Below are positions 1 through 12,400 of a stretch of 64,000 bases of DNA, one piece after another. A program made the translations under genes and the position numbers. Source of the DNA: Paraspadella gotoi (lineage: Eukaryota > Animalia > Chaetognatha); NCBI GenBank assembly GCA_051294375.1, contig CM119267.1:13091081-13155080 (forward strand), given 5' to 3'. The notes under the pieces were generated by a model. The model was not told the DNA's origin. It did not search any database and saw only the letters and a list, made by a program, of their open reading frames with translations. Each line of letters opens with the position of its first letter. Within the stretch, counting starts at the first letter, position 1.

Positions 1-499
1 TGTTTATGTAATAGAGAACGATCCTTCCTTTTTTATTTTAACCAAAAGTCGCCTCGTGCCGATCTCATTCCGCAAGCATTGTGCAACGCAGCAATGTTTG
101 GTAGAATCCTCTACAGCGTTTGGCAGCGTTAGCTTCGAAATAACGCGTTCGCTGCGTCGGCGGCGGCAGAATCCGCGGCAGCGACGTTGCCCTTTTTAGA
201 TTTTTAAATTTCTCTCTCTCTCTCCTCAAATTACAGTTTAACCCCCGCGACGAGATTCCTCGGAAGGGGGACACGCCTCCGCCTCCCGACGCCTCCGTTG
301 CGGCGCCCGAAGGATCAGGCAGAGAGGGGCGACTGGGGGCGCGGGCCTCGAATTCCCTAAATTGCTTTTTTTTAAAGATTCCGAGCCGATGACAAACCCT
401 TCTCCCTCTCACTTTAACAACATCAACAATTCCGCAAGCTTTCGCATATAGATATCTATCACCACCCACATCCCAAGATTCCTTCTCCGCTCCTCTCAG

Positions 500-629
500 T
501 CGTCATCGTATAATCAGGAAAATCGTCTCCATTGTCGGAAAGATCAAACGGAATCCGCCCATCGACGCAAGCCACGCCCACAAGCGCTTAGGCGCCTTGG
601 GCGTCAAGGAGTTTGGAGAACTTCGATGA
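500..629 (+). CDS. Possible terminal exon of a convergent plus-strand gene (frame ambiguous)
   Basis: Pyrimidine tract plus ctctcag acceptor at 499, GC-rich; two frames are open (one reads RHRIIRKIVSIVGKIKRNPP...ELR*); a second acceptor-like site near 236; no recognisable domain. Confidence 0.2.
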
Positions 630-711
630 GTGTTGCTCCTTGTGTTTTGTGGATGATGACCACATCGATCTCTAAAATGTTTTAGCTTACAATCTTCGTG
701 ATCGTGATTAT

Positions 712-825
712 CCTTTCATTTCGTTGCTGTATTTAATATAGATATTTGAAAGTTTCTACAACGAATTTTTTTTTTCATTAGAAACGTACATGATTTGCTC
801 TTGTACGAGCCTTCATCAGCGTTAA
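712..825 (-). repeat. Degenerate pLTR remnant with decayed hammerhead, same family as 43817-44026
   Basis: Minus strand: AACG-CTGATGA-AGGCTC gtacaa GAGC-aaatcatgta-CGTT (GAAA core damaged); downstream TCGTTGTA...CAACGAAATGAAAGG matches the 43950-44020 tail. Confidence 0.65.
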
Positions 826-1763
826 CAGTTTGCTTCCAATCTATATTTGTGAGAAATCTATGGTAATTTTTAGACTTTAGTAATATTATAAAGTAGCATC
901 ATAGCAAAAGATCAATTATTTTCAACAACAACACATTGGCTGATATGTAACTAAAAGCGAAAAACTCTCGCTTAGAATAATCAAGAATTCTGTCTCGAGG
1001 CAATTGGACAACTGACATAGAGAAGGGAACATAAAAATGGGTGGCGTTCGGGGGGAGACAGAATGAGAGGAGGAGAAATCGGACACTCAAAGAAAAAGGA
1101 GAGGAATACCAAGGAGGGGCATTCACGAGGCTTTGATTACAAAGACGACGACGCCGAAAGTTCAAACTCATTTCCGGGAAATGACATCGAAGAGAAGAAG
1201 AAGAAAAAGAAAGAAGAAGAAGAAGAAGAAGAAGACGGGAAAGAAACGTTATTTTTCTATGCCTCTTTCTGAGACTTTTGTTGTTGTCTCGTTGTTGTCG
1301 TTGTTGTTTGTAGTTGTCGTCGTTGATTACTTTGTGATAACCGTTCTGTGATATGTGAATAGTATTTCTTTACTCAATTGCGGAATTTACAGCAGTTGCT
1401 ATTAACTGAGCTAGCTACAGCTACAGCTAGTAGAGCTACAGCTACAACATTTGGAATTGGAAAAAAACTTTAATAAAAATTATTTTAATGATTGTAATTT
1501 CAATTAAAGAAAAACGCGAATCAAAGGATATCAAAAAACGTAAGCTTAAATGAAATTGTAAAAGGCACAATTGCTGAGTAAATGGAAATTGTTTTAAAAA
1601 CATGTTTGTCCACTTATTTAAAAGAACAAAAAAATTTAAAAGTTGGATGGAATTCATGAAAAAAAATAAACTCAAGTTTTCACCAGGAGAATTTGACGCT
1701 TCACCGAAAAAACGCCTCTCACAAACGATGCTAAACACGAATTGTTGAAAACAATGCGGTTGT

Positions 1764-2169
1764 TAGTCGGATCTGCTTATCAGCAGATTCCGACTCCATC
1801 AGTCCCACCCCAAAATCCTGTCGGTAAATAATTTTTATCATATCAGAACATCGAATTAAGATAAATTACGCAAAAAAAATTATGTCCGTCTGTCTGTCCG
1901 TCCGTCTGTTGACATAAATTATGCAAGTTGAAAAAATTATGTCAGTTGACTAAATTATGCCAGTTGATCAAATAATGCCAGTTGACCATATTCTGCCAGT
2001 TGACCAAATTTTGCCTGTTGACCAAACTATGCCAGCTGACCAAATCATGCCAGTTGACCAAATAATGGAATCACAAATTGAAAGAATTATCGTGATTTAT
2101 CATCTGATTAGCATATTACTGCTTGATTATCGTAAGCAGATCCAACATTGTTTGCTCAAACTTGTTTTT
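1764..2169 (+). mobile_element. Helentron-associated/DINE-1-like element (HINE family A), internally deleted copy
   Basis: 5' hairpin AGTCGGATCTGCTTATCAGCAGATTCCGACT; (GTCY)n microsatellite; 18-bp tandem array; 3' subterminal repeat GCAGATCCAAC plus small hairpin GTTTG-CT-CAAAC and T-run. Confidence 0.75.
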
Positions 2170-2170
2170 G

Positions 2171-3246
2171 AAAAATCAATGTCGGATCTGCCTACGATAA
2201 TTAAGCAGTAATAAGCAAATCCATGTGATCTTAACAGATCATAACAAATTGTAACATAACAAATCATAACAGACTCCTTAATAAATCTATGGAAAAATAT
2301 ATAAATCAATTGATCTATCAATCATTACAAGTAGCTGCGCTAATACCAACTTGTATGATTTGGTCAATTTGCATTATTTGGTCAACTTGCATAATTTGAT
2401 CAACTGGCATAATTTGATCTATTTGCATTATTCGGTCAACTGACATAATTTGGTCAGCTGACATAATTTGGTCAACTGGTATAATTTTTTCAACTTGCAT
2501 AATTTCGTCAACTTGCAAAATGTGGTCAACTTGAAAAATGTGTTCAACTGGCTTAATTTGATTAACTGGCATAATTTGGTCAACTGGCATAATTTGGTCA
2601 ACTGGCATAATTTGGTCAACTGGCATAATTTGGTAACCTGGCATAATTTGGTCAATCAATCAATCAATCAATCAAACAAATCTGAAAAAGAGTGAGAGAA
2701 ACTTTTATAAATTCAAATAAATGTGTCTTTTGGTTTTCTAATTTAAACTGTTTTCCACTCCGAGATCCTACGATTCCATAAAAAATTTATATCCAGCTTA
2801 ATCACATACATTCCTATCCATTCACAAAATTTTATTTCAATTTATCAATCCAATTTTTAATAAATATAATAATTATAAGTAAACATAAGTAAAATAACTT
2901 CAAGTAAATATGACTTTTGTTTTTTCCTTTTAAACTAATTTCCACTCGCACGATTCCATCGAAACTTTACATCCTGCTCAATCACACACCTTCCCACCCA
3001 CACTCAGAATTTCATTCCAATCCATTAATCCAATCACGAGTAATTGGAGTTTAATGCTAAGAGGGGACGGACAGATAGATGGACGGACAGACGGACGGAC
3101 ATCATTTTTTTGCATAATTGATCATAATTCGATGATCTGATATGATAAAAAAATTATTTACCGACATGATTTTAGGGTGGGACCGACGAACCGACAAAGT
3201 GAATTATAGTCTAGAGTTGGAATCTGCTGATAAGCAGATCCGACTA
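2171..3246 (-). mobile_element. HINE family A copy, tail-to-tail with the previous copy; 18-bp array at ~2350-2655
   Basis: Same termini in reverse; unit CATAATTTGGTCAACTGG; GGAC/AGAC microsatellite at 3065-3100. Confidence 0.8.
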
Positions 3247-3648
3247 AAAAAAAAGAAAAAGAAAAAGAAAGAAAACAAATAAAATATCCGGCGGGACCTC
3301 TCTTTGTAAATAAAATACAAAATAATAAAATTGATAATTCACTCGCAAAAAAAAAAAAAAAATTGAGGAAGAGAGTAAGATTGTAATTTTTTTTGTACGA
3401 CGTCTAAAAAAAGAGTTTTCAGTCAACGAACCACAGCGACACACGAGAAATAAAAGAGGGGGAACAATAAATGTTAACTATGGGCTGAGTTGATTTGATT
3501 GGGACAGGGGGGAGGAGACAGGTAGGAGGGGAGGGTGGGGATTTGGTGGAGAGGATTGGAAGGAAAGCGGCAATGGGAGGAGCGGATTGTTGTAGTTTCG
3601 GAGGAAAACGCCCCCATCCGGAGTAAAAGTTGGATTCGTTGTTGGAAT

Positions 3649-4212
3649 TTAAAAGTAGACGGTCATTTTGGGAACCCTTTGATCGTCGACGCCGTCTTCA
3701 ACGACGCCGGAATGGGTCACTTTGGGTCTGACGCCGCCGGATCTCGGATCCTCAGCTTCCACAACCTCGTCCGCGTCCGCCCACGAGATTTTTTTACCGG
3801 AAGACGACGATGAGGATTTTCCGCCGCCGCCGAGGCTTCGGGATCGTTTTGGGGTGGTCTGGGAAGGAGAGGCAGAGTAGAGTTGGTGGACCTGGACGTT
3901 CGCGGGCGTGCCCGACGGAGGCGGCGGCGGTACGATCGGCTGCGTGCGCGGAAGAGACGAAAACTGACTGAAGAAAAACGTGTCGTCGTCCACGGGCGCC
4001 ATCTGCGACGACAGCTGCGGCGCCAGCTGCGGAGGATGAGGAATGTGACGCTGTGGAGGATGCAGCGCCAGGCGAGAGGTCGGCTTGGCGTCGAAGGCCG
4101 AAGAGGCGCCGGGAACGAGGTGCAACGGAGCCACGAAACCGCGGCGTTGACCGCAGCCGCTGCTTCCGCTGCCGTGACTGCCGCTGCCGTGGCTGCTGCT
4201 CTGCTGAGATAC
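3649..4212 (-). CDS. Cadherin terminal coding exon (VSQQSSSHGSG...GKKISWADADEVV...RVPKMTVYF*)
   Basis: tctctcacag acceptor, phase 0; 187 aa to TAA; GC-rich. Confidence 0.88.
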   Translation of the reverse strand, partial: VSQQSSSHGSGSHGSGSSGCGQRRGFVAPLHLVPGASSAFDAKPTSRLALHPPQRHIPHPPQLAPQLSSQMAPVDDDTFFFSQFSSLPRTQPIVPPPPPSGTPANVQVHQLYSASPSQTTPKRSRSLGGGGKSSSSSSGKKISWADADEVVEAEDPRSGGVRPKVTHSGVVEDGVDDQRVPKMTVYF

Positions 4213-6625
4213 CTGTGAGAGAAAATTTAGGGGGGGAAACTTGTTAGTTTTACTAAGTAAAATGAAATGATTGACACAAACTATATACAATATAATTTGT
4301 TCATCAGAGATTCATACTCAAGTTAACGTCCCTTTTCTTTGGTCTCAAACGTTTCATCAGTAGAAAACGAATTCACACAGAACCTCACAGCCCATTCACA
4401 AAATTTACGTCTATAACAACGACGATTAAAAAAGGGCAAGCTAACAGGGATGTGACCGAAGATATCGATGAAAGTGACGATTACCGCAAAGACGATGTCG
4501 AAGACGACGAAGACTGTGAGGACGACGACGACGACAATAAACGTCGACAACTTTCACCTACTTTCCTTTTTATTGCTTTGGAAAATAAGGAAAGACAAGT
4601 TGTGACACGTTTCGCAAACCGAAACTCGCAACTCGAAGAGTGGTTTTTTTTTGGGGGGGTGGAGTTGTTGGGGGTGGACAGAAGGAGAGAGTTCAACCCA
4701 TAGGGCAGAATAAGCAATTATAATTTTAATTTTAAAGATAGCTTATTAATTAAATGAATGGATAATTTTTATTTCGTAATAATGTTCTCAATTTCCATCA
4801 TAACCTAAAATGTTTTCTTATGTTTTATTTTTTAATGGTTTATACAAATAAATTAAACTAATAAATTAAAATTATTAAAATCTCTGATTAAATATAATAT
4901 TATGTGTGATATCTGGGGTGTGAGGCATCTCCCGACAGCTGGCGCTCAGGGCACTCACCTGCAGTGACCACGCCATGTCACTGGCGTGTTTATGCCGACA
5001 ACATCACACTTTAATCAGCGTGACCTTGAGGGGATTGAACCCGGAACTCACGGTTGGTGAACGAGTAATTAGCTGTCCAAGCCAATGGGACGAGCTGAGG
5101 TTCACCAAGCTATACGAGAGGCGAATTTAGGATTCTCCACAATATTTTAATTTAACGAAACAATAATTTTGAGAATCTTCTAGTAACGTATATGTATGTA
5201 AATTGAATATGTATGTAAATTGAAATAAAATATTGAAAAGCATTTTAAAAAAATAATAAAGCGATGAATAAAAAGCTAATAATAAAATTCGCAATTAATC
5301 AATTTCCATGAGTACAGAAGCTGATTATATTTTATATTTTGCCTATATTACTAATTTAATCTAACCACTCTAATGTTTTAAGGTACGGGCTAGCACGTTG
5401 TCGTACGGAGGAAGTAATTTGGACAAGGTTTGTACAAGGTTTGTCCCTATTTAGCCAAAAAATAGAAAGTCAGATTTAAAATCCCTAGGCGTTTGAGACG
5501 CAAGGACGCGAAATCGTAAAAACAATATGGCGGAGATTAGATAATGGGACGCGACAGCGGCGGCGGTGGCCGCAGCGCTGGCCGCTTTTAACAGTCCTAA
5601 GCCAACAAATCCTACTGTCCTAAGGCAACAAATACCAAGCTGCGAGCGCAGAAACTGTCGCGGCGGCCGCAGCGGCGACAGCAGCATCCCGGAAACGAAA
5701 TTCGACCCAACAAGGAGAAAAGATGGAAAGAACGATAAAACAATGCAACGCAACGAAGAGAACATAAGTTGTTGTACTTAAAAACAATTTTAGTATTAGC
5801 TAAGTTGTAATTTAAAGAAAAGCTGAGATCTGTAGTCGGGTATTGCATAAATTCACCCTGCCTATAAGCATGACATTGAGTAAAGCTATCAGCTAATGAT
5901 TATTAGGTACCAGGTTCAATCCTAACCCGGTACCTACCCTGCGGGAATTTTGAGGATGGCCGTAAGCCGCCTTGGGGGTATAGAAAACTCTCAAGCCTGG
6001 TTCCAAGTCCAGAACCCGTTCCATGGCTGCTAGAAGGGGTTAAAAAAATTGCGGATAGTACTCTTCAGCCCTATTAAGCGGCTTATCTACCCTGGTGAGC
6101 CTATCCTATCAAGCGTATTCTAACCTTCTTATTCCATTGGAAGCAGTACAGGGTGGGTTACAATCTGAGGGGCATGTAGTCGGGCATTGCGTAAGTTCAC
6201 CGCGCCTATAAGCATAACACCTTCAGTCGCGACCCGGTGGCTCATTGATTAAAGCCTTCAGCTCATAACCACTAAGTACCGGGTTCAATCCTTACCCGGT
6301 ACCTCCCCTGTGGGAAGCGTGAGGACGGCCTGGTTCCAAAGTTCCAAAGTTAAGCGCTTTATCCACAGATCAATTGTGTTTTTTTTAATAATAATTAAAA
6401 TTTAAACTGTTTCTTTTAGAGACGCAAATACTCCTCATTCGCCGCATCTTAAAAAGGTTGACGTGGCGCCAAAGAAAAATGGAGCACATGGCGCAGGTGA
6501 TAAGCGAAGACGAGAAAGACGACGACGACCGCGATAACGCGGAACATAAATGTAAATCCGTCGCTTCGAAGCGATTAATGGAATCTCTACGTCACGGCGT
6601 CTCTAAAACAATAAATCCCGACAAG

Positions 6626-6694
<69 letters not shown>

Positions 6695-8152
6695 GAGAAC
6701 AGTGTGCTATAGTCACTTTACATCTCAAATATTTTTCAAAACCTAAGCTATTGTTTGAATTTATAAAATCGACCCCATTTTTAGGACAGCTTCCGTATTT
6801 TCTTAATCTCTCAGATCACAAAAACAGATCGATAATCACCGTCACAGTCACCGTCACCGTCACCCTCAAAGGTCAAATTTGGATATATTGATATATATAT
6901 AAAACTATATAGATATATATATATGAAAATTTGCAAATTACTTGTTTCACTATTTTCTATTTTTATATTTTATGAAGGATTTAGTATTTAATCTTATTAT
7001 TTAATCAAATATATATTGCTTTCTTTCTTAAAAATGTTTTACTTATCTAATAATTCAATTTGGGAAGGGGAAGTCAGTGTTGTCTTCTGGAAATAGAGGG
7101 AGCATCTATACAACACAAGGTTAGATTACTATCTGTCCTAGTTTTCTAATAGATATCACACATCATTTCTGTTAGAAAGTCATTAATGAAAAATCATAAT
7201 ATCTAAGAGGCTGAACAGAAAGGGGTGGGAATGGATAATTTTTTGAGGGGTGACCAAAGTTATATATGATTTTTTTTTTACCAATAGGGATAAGACTACC
7301 ATGTAGAATTGTATGTTCTGATAGGGATACATACCGGGGAAAGGTCTATAGGGGCCCTTTATGTCATGAATATAATTTTAAAATTATATTTTTTCTTTAT
7401 TCTACTTTTTTTATTATTTCTTTTTTGAATATTTTTTATCTTTTATTTTTATACAATGGGAAGGTCATCAGTTGGGAACCTATACCCTTCATGGATTTCG
7501 GCTCTTTAATCCCAATATCCAGGTATATATATATCCAGGTATATATATATATTAACTTTGATTAAAAAATCTTTGATTTTTTTATAGCCTCGGGTTGTCG
7601 TGTGTCACATAGTAAACCCAGACAATCACATCGCTACGATCTCGCGTGATCGAGTACAATCGAGTCGGTTTCGCCAGAAACAAAAGGACGAAGATTTGAT
7701 CTGTTATCGTCTTCGTCGTCGTCGTCATCGTCGTCCCCAGCTTTTCGTCCACCGAGTCTGATGATCACTAAAGAATCCAATCTCACGCAGATCAAATCAG
7801 AGTGGCGAGGGGCCTTAATTCATGCCGCAACTCTTTATACATTAAAGATTACAATTTAACATTCAGATTCCAAGTTAACAATCAATCAAACGCATTCACC
7901 TTGCTCACTACAACTTACCTGACTGTCGATGTCGGAATCGCCGTCGCTTCCTCGCTGCGTCTCGCCGACGATGACAACGTGGCCGTTGGGGACGAGGCTG
8001 GTGTTCACGTGACCGGCCAGCGAGACCGGTATGCCGTTCACGTGTCCGCCCAACCCGGCCGCGTGCCCGATCAAGCCTGATGAGATGCGATAACGGATGA
8101 GAGAGATGGATCGACGTAGGGACGACCAGGTCGAGTCATGGGCGTGGCGACG

Positions 8153-8240
<88 letters not shown>

Positions 8241-9405
8241 TAATTCGAACGGCGTTCGACGACCATTAATATTTTTTGTTCTTTTTCAATTATTGGTTTC
8301 GATTTCAGGACAGATACTTTTTCCTTTTCTCTTTCTCTTTTTCTCTTTTTCTCTTTCTATCTTTCTCTTTCTGTCCTCTTTTTTTTCCTTCTTTTTTTTC
8401 ATTTTCTTTTTTTCTCGTCAAAGGCTCTTCCCTCGATCCCAGTTTTTCGCGTTTTCGTTTCATTTATCTTGGCGCGATAGTGCGAGACGGGGCGCGAGAA
8501 CGAGAGAGAGAGAGGGAGAGAGAGGGGGGGAGGGAGAACGCGCTTAAAAAGTAAGATTGCCAAATTTTTCAATACATTTATTTTGGTTCAATTAGACTGA
8601 CAAGCTTTTTTTGTCAATAGTTTTCATTTGTCGGTGGTTTTTGTTAGTCAGTTTTTCTCTTTGATTTAATGTTTCCTATATTTTTCCTCACTTCCTTTCT
8701 CCATGCCCAATCCACCGTCTCTCCCTCTCTTCACCCTCACGTTTCCATGCCTTCATGCTTCCATGCCCGCTTTATCTCTCTTCATCCGTTTATCCCTCCC
8801 TTAATTCCCGCCAAGCCTCACCTGAGCTTCCCGCCATGCTCGACGGTGCAATCGTTCGTCCTAAACTGATTTGTCCTGAAGAGATTGTGTAAGGCCTTTG
8901 CTTGGCGGCGGCTTGAGAGGCCGCCGCCGCCGCTGACGAAGACGCCGGAAGGGGCGGGGCGTCGAAGAGGTTAGTCTCGTAATGGATGCCGTCCCTGAAA
9001 GATAAAAAGATCCATTTTCACCATATTTTCTGTTTTAATCTTCGTTGAGTCGCCGCCTTTTGTTCCTGAGATTTGAAAGATGTGCAAAGTGCAAAGTATA
9101 TATCTTGGCTCAAAATGTCTCTTATACTAAATTGAGACGATTTCTACGATAAAAATTACGTCTAGAAATCTGTTAGTTTTCTTTCTCCGCGAAATTGGGT
9201 CAATGTCACTGTTACGTAACGTTTTTTAGGATTAATATTGTTGATCTTTTTTTAGGATGAAAATAATAATAATATAAGAATAAATCGAAGGAAAACAAAG
9301 AAAAGAATTAAAAAAACATTTCAAAAAATTAAAAATCCTTTGATCTCTGAAAAAAAAAGACCGAGAAAGCTTCTCTTTCCTCTCGCCTCGATTTGGGCGG
9401 ATATT

Positions 9406-9461
<56 letters not shown>

Positions 9462-12400
9462 GAGCGGATTCCTCGATGGGGTTATGGAAATGTATGAGCG
9501 GAGAGGCGTCCGAAAATATTTTTATTTTCCGCACGAATTTCGGTTTTTCTTTCCTTTTTTCGCTTTCTTTGCTTTCCGAAGAACCAGGGACAGACTCTTT
9601 GCTTTTCGCCCGGATTTTTTATGTATGGTGGAAGAGAAGATAGGTTAGAGAATCCGATGTGAATGCATTGTGTTGTTGATAAGTATCTTTTTTTCATCTA
9701 ATCATTATTAGCAACCTACATACCTGTATCAGCTTTATATTTAATGAAAAAAATAAAAAAAAAGTGTAAGATATATATTAAGTGACACTCAAAGGGCTTG
9801 ATAAACTTATTAAACAATGTTTACATGTTAAGATCATTTAAGTTCGTTTAAATTAAACGTAAAGAAATGCCTCCAGTTGTTCGACTCATCCTCAAAAAGC
9901 CTGGCTCTTCAAGAGCCGCGCGTTTCCTCGAGTTTTATTTTTATTGACAAGGAATTTGTGGTAATGTGACGGGGAAGAGGAGCGTGGGAGGGAGGAGGGG
10001 GACGAGGCGTGAGAAGTGGACGAGGAAAGAAAAAGAAGAGGGAAAGGGGGAAAAGGATTATGATGAGGCGAGGAAGACAAAGAGGGGCGATGGGTGGACG
10101 GAGAAGTTGGGGAAGGGGTGAGTGGGTGAAAGAGGAGCGAGTTAAGGGAGAAGAGAAGGAGGAAGAAAGGGAGCAAAGATGAAGAAAATAAAATAAAAGC
10201 GAATGTTAAGTGGAATGAGAAAACAAGAAGGGAGAGAAAAGTCGGTTGGAAGCAAATGTGAAAAAAGTAAGGGGAGGAAAAAGGGAATCTAATGGTGAAT
10301 AAGATGAGATGAGTGAGAGTAAGGAAGGAGAGTTTGGGTTGTTATTAGGATAGTTTATCTTTCTTGAGAAAAGAAATATTAATTTCGGGTGTGAGTTGGT
10401 GTAGTTCGTCCCTCTTAACTTCCTTTTGTAAAGGTGTTTAGAAATATAAATAATAAACATTGCTGTTTGTTATAATTCTATTGATATGTTTTAATTATGT
10501 TTTCCTTTCATACAGTTTGTGATAATATTAATTAGCCATCGTCGGGGTTTAGTATTGGTTTATGGTGGACTAAAATCCACCAACCGTTCATTAGCGGCCA
10601 TTGGTGCCGGAGGCAAGTCATTCGCCTCCCAAACCAAAGGTCCGGGGTTCTAGCTCGGTGGCCGCCTAGCAGTTAAGAGGGACAGGGCGCTTAACCCGCC
10701 TGTAACATGGTGTTACAGCCTGATCCGAAGCTCAGGGACTGCTGAGGACACATATCAATAATTACTGTCTCTTCACACGGAACAATATAGTAGACTGCAG
10801 CAATGGATTTTTGCCCAGTAGCAACAATATAACAAAGTATTTATATTTCATCTGATGCTGCAGTAGATTGCATTAAGCAATTTACTTTATATTTATATTG
10901 AAACCAACTATATCAGTTATTGATTTTATAAGCTCACCGAGATGGCACTCAATCAGAGTGGCCACTACAGTGTGAACTTAAGGAAAAAATAATTTTTTAC
11001 AACATCTTAAAATTGCTTTTATTAATTAAGGTTAAAATAGGTCTTGTTAAACTGCGGCAATTTAATAATATAACATAGTGCTAGGGAACATTAACATATT
11101 TAGTATTGGTTTTAAGCTCTCAACCGGCGCAGAGCAAATTCAGTCAATGTTGCATTCTTTTTAGTAGCGCAGCGTATTTTAAAAGCACGAGGAAAATAAA
11201 ACCTATAATAAAATAAAACTTCAGTGATTATTTTAGTATGTTATAAAAAGACATTCAATAACTTTTTGCCTATAAAATCTGATGGTAAATACTATTCTAA
11301 GTTGTGATTTACTTCCCTGTACTCTAATGTCTATATCTTTAAGATAAAACGAAATTTTCAAACATTTCATTTTTTGGCATAAAAATATATCTCACAACAG
11401 GAAGGTCCTATTGCTTTTTTTAACTAAGAAAGTAAGCAAGCTAGACTACTGGGAGTTGGAAAATAAAAAAACGTCAGCGATTTTTTGACCAGGGTGCATA
11501 AACTCAAGTTGCTTTAACAAATAATTTAGTCACAGTATTTGATCCTTTCATTTCACTCCGATTTGAAATCCGTGTAGATAAACAAAGATTGAATAAATGG
11601 AATTAGATGTTAAGGGTCCTCAATGCAATTGCTCTCTTCCCAACATCCGCCAATCACCGCGTCGGGGTGGCCAAGATTTTGAGGACTGAGGTTTCACGTT
11701 TGCTCTGCGGATTATCCGATGGTAAAAGGAGGCTGAATCAGTGTCGAGAATCTTCCATCAGGGAAAATGAAAAGCCGAAGGAATCCGAAACTCATAAAAA
11801 CCGTTCTCTCTTTCGACGAACTTCGTTGGGGGAAAAAAATAAATCGATGGCTGTCGTCTTGGAGGACATTGCCAGCGGAAATTGACGTTGACAGAGACGG
11901 GACATCGAAGGGACATTGATAAGCCAAGGACATTGGCAGAGAGAGAAACGAGGAAAAATTCACCCCGAAAGAGAGAGAGAGAGAGAGAGAGCAGAGAGAG
12001 AGAAGAGAGAGAGAGAGACGAGAGAGAGAGAGAGACATTTTTTTCAACTTACCACTTTCTAGGCATGGAAGAAATGGGAATCTGAGGAAAAAAAAACAAT
12101 TTTCTTGGGAAATGAGGAGAAAAGTGAATAAGAAGCGTGGAGGCCGCCGACCGCCGCGTTCGCGTTCGCGTTCGCGTTCGCGTTCGCGTCCGAGGCAGAG
12201 ATTAAGATTCAAGATATCGATATTGAGATGGTGAGAAATATTGTGGAAATGAGATTTCTATCTCAAAATGGCAGGAAATTACAAAGCGGAACATGATCAC
12301 AGCGGGTTGAAAGAAAATAAATGCGTTTGAACGGATTTTTCTAATTTGCTTGAATATACGAAGATTTAAAAGTCGGGAGTTTCTTCAATTTCAACTTAGA

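Noticed and set aside
1957-2695. ORFs of DQIMPV / TKLCQL / HNLVNW hexapeptide repeats (also 16774-16968, 41373-41570)
   Set aside because: Translations of an 18-bp tandem array inside a dispersed non-coding element; several frames are open simply because the period is divisible by 3.
6231-6302. Functional tRNA-Met gene
   Set aside because: Anticodon and T stems do not pair properly, and the block is an internal part of a repeated LTR.
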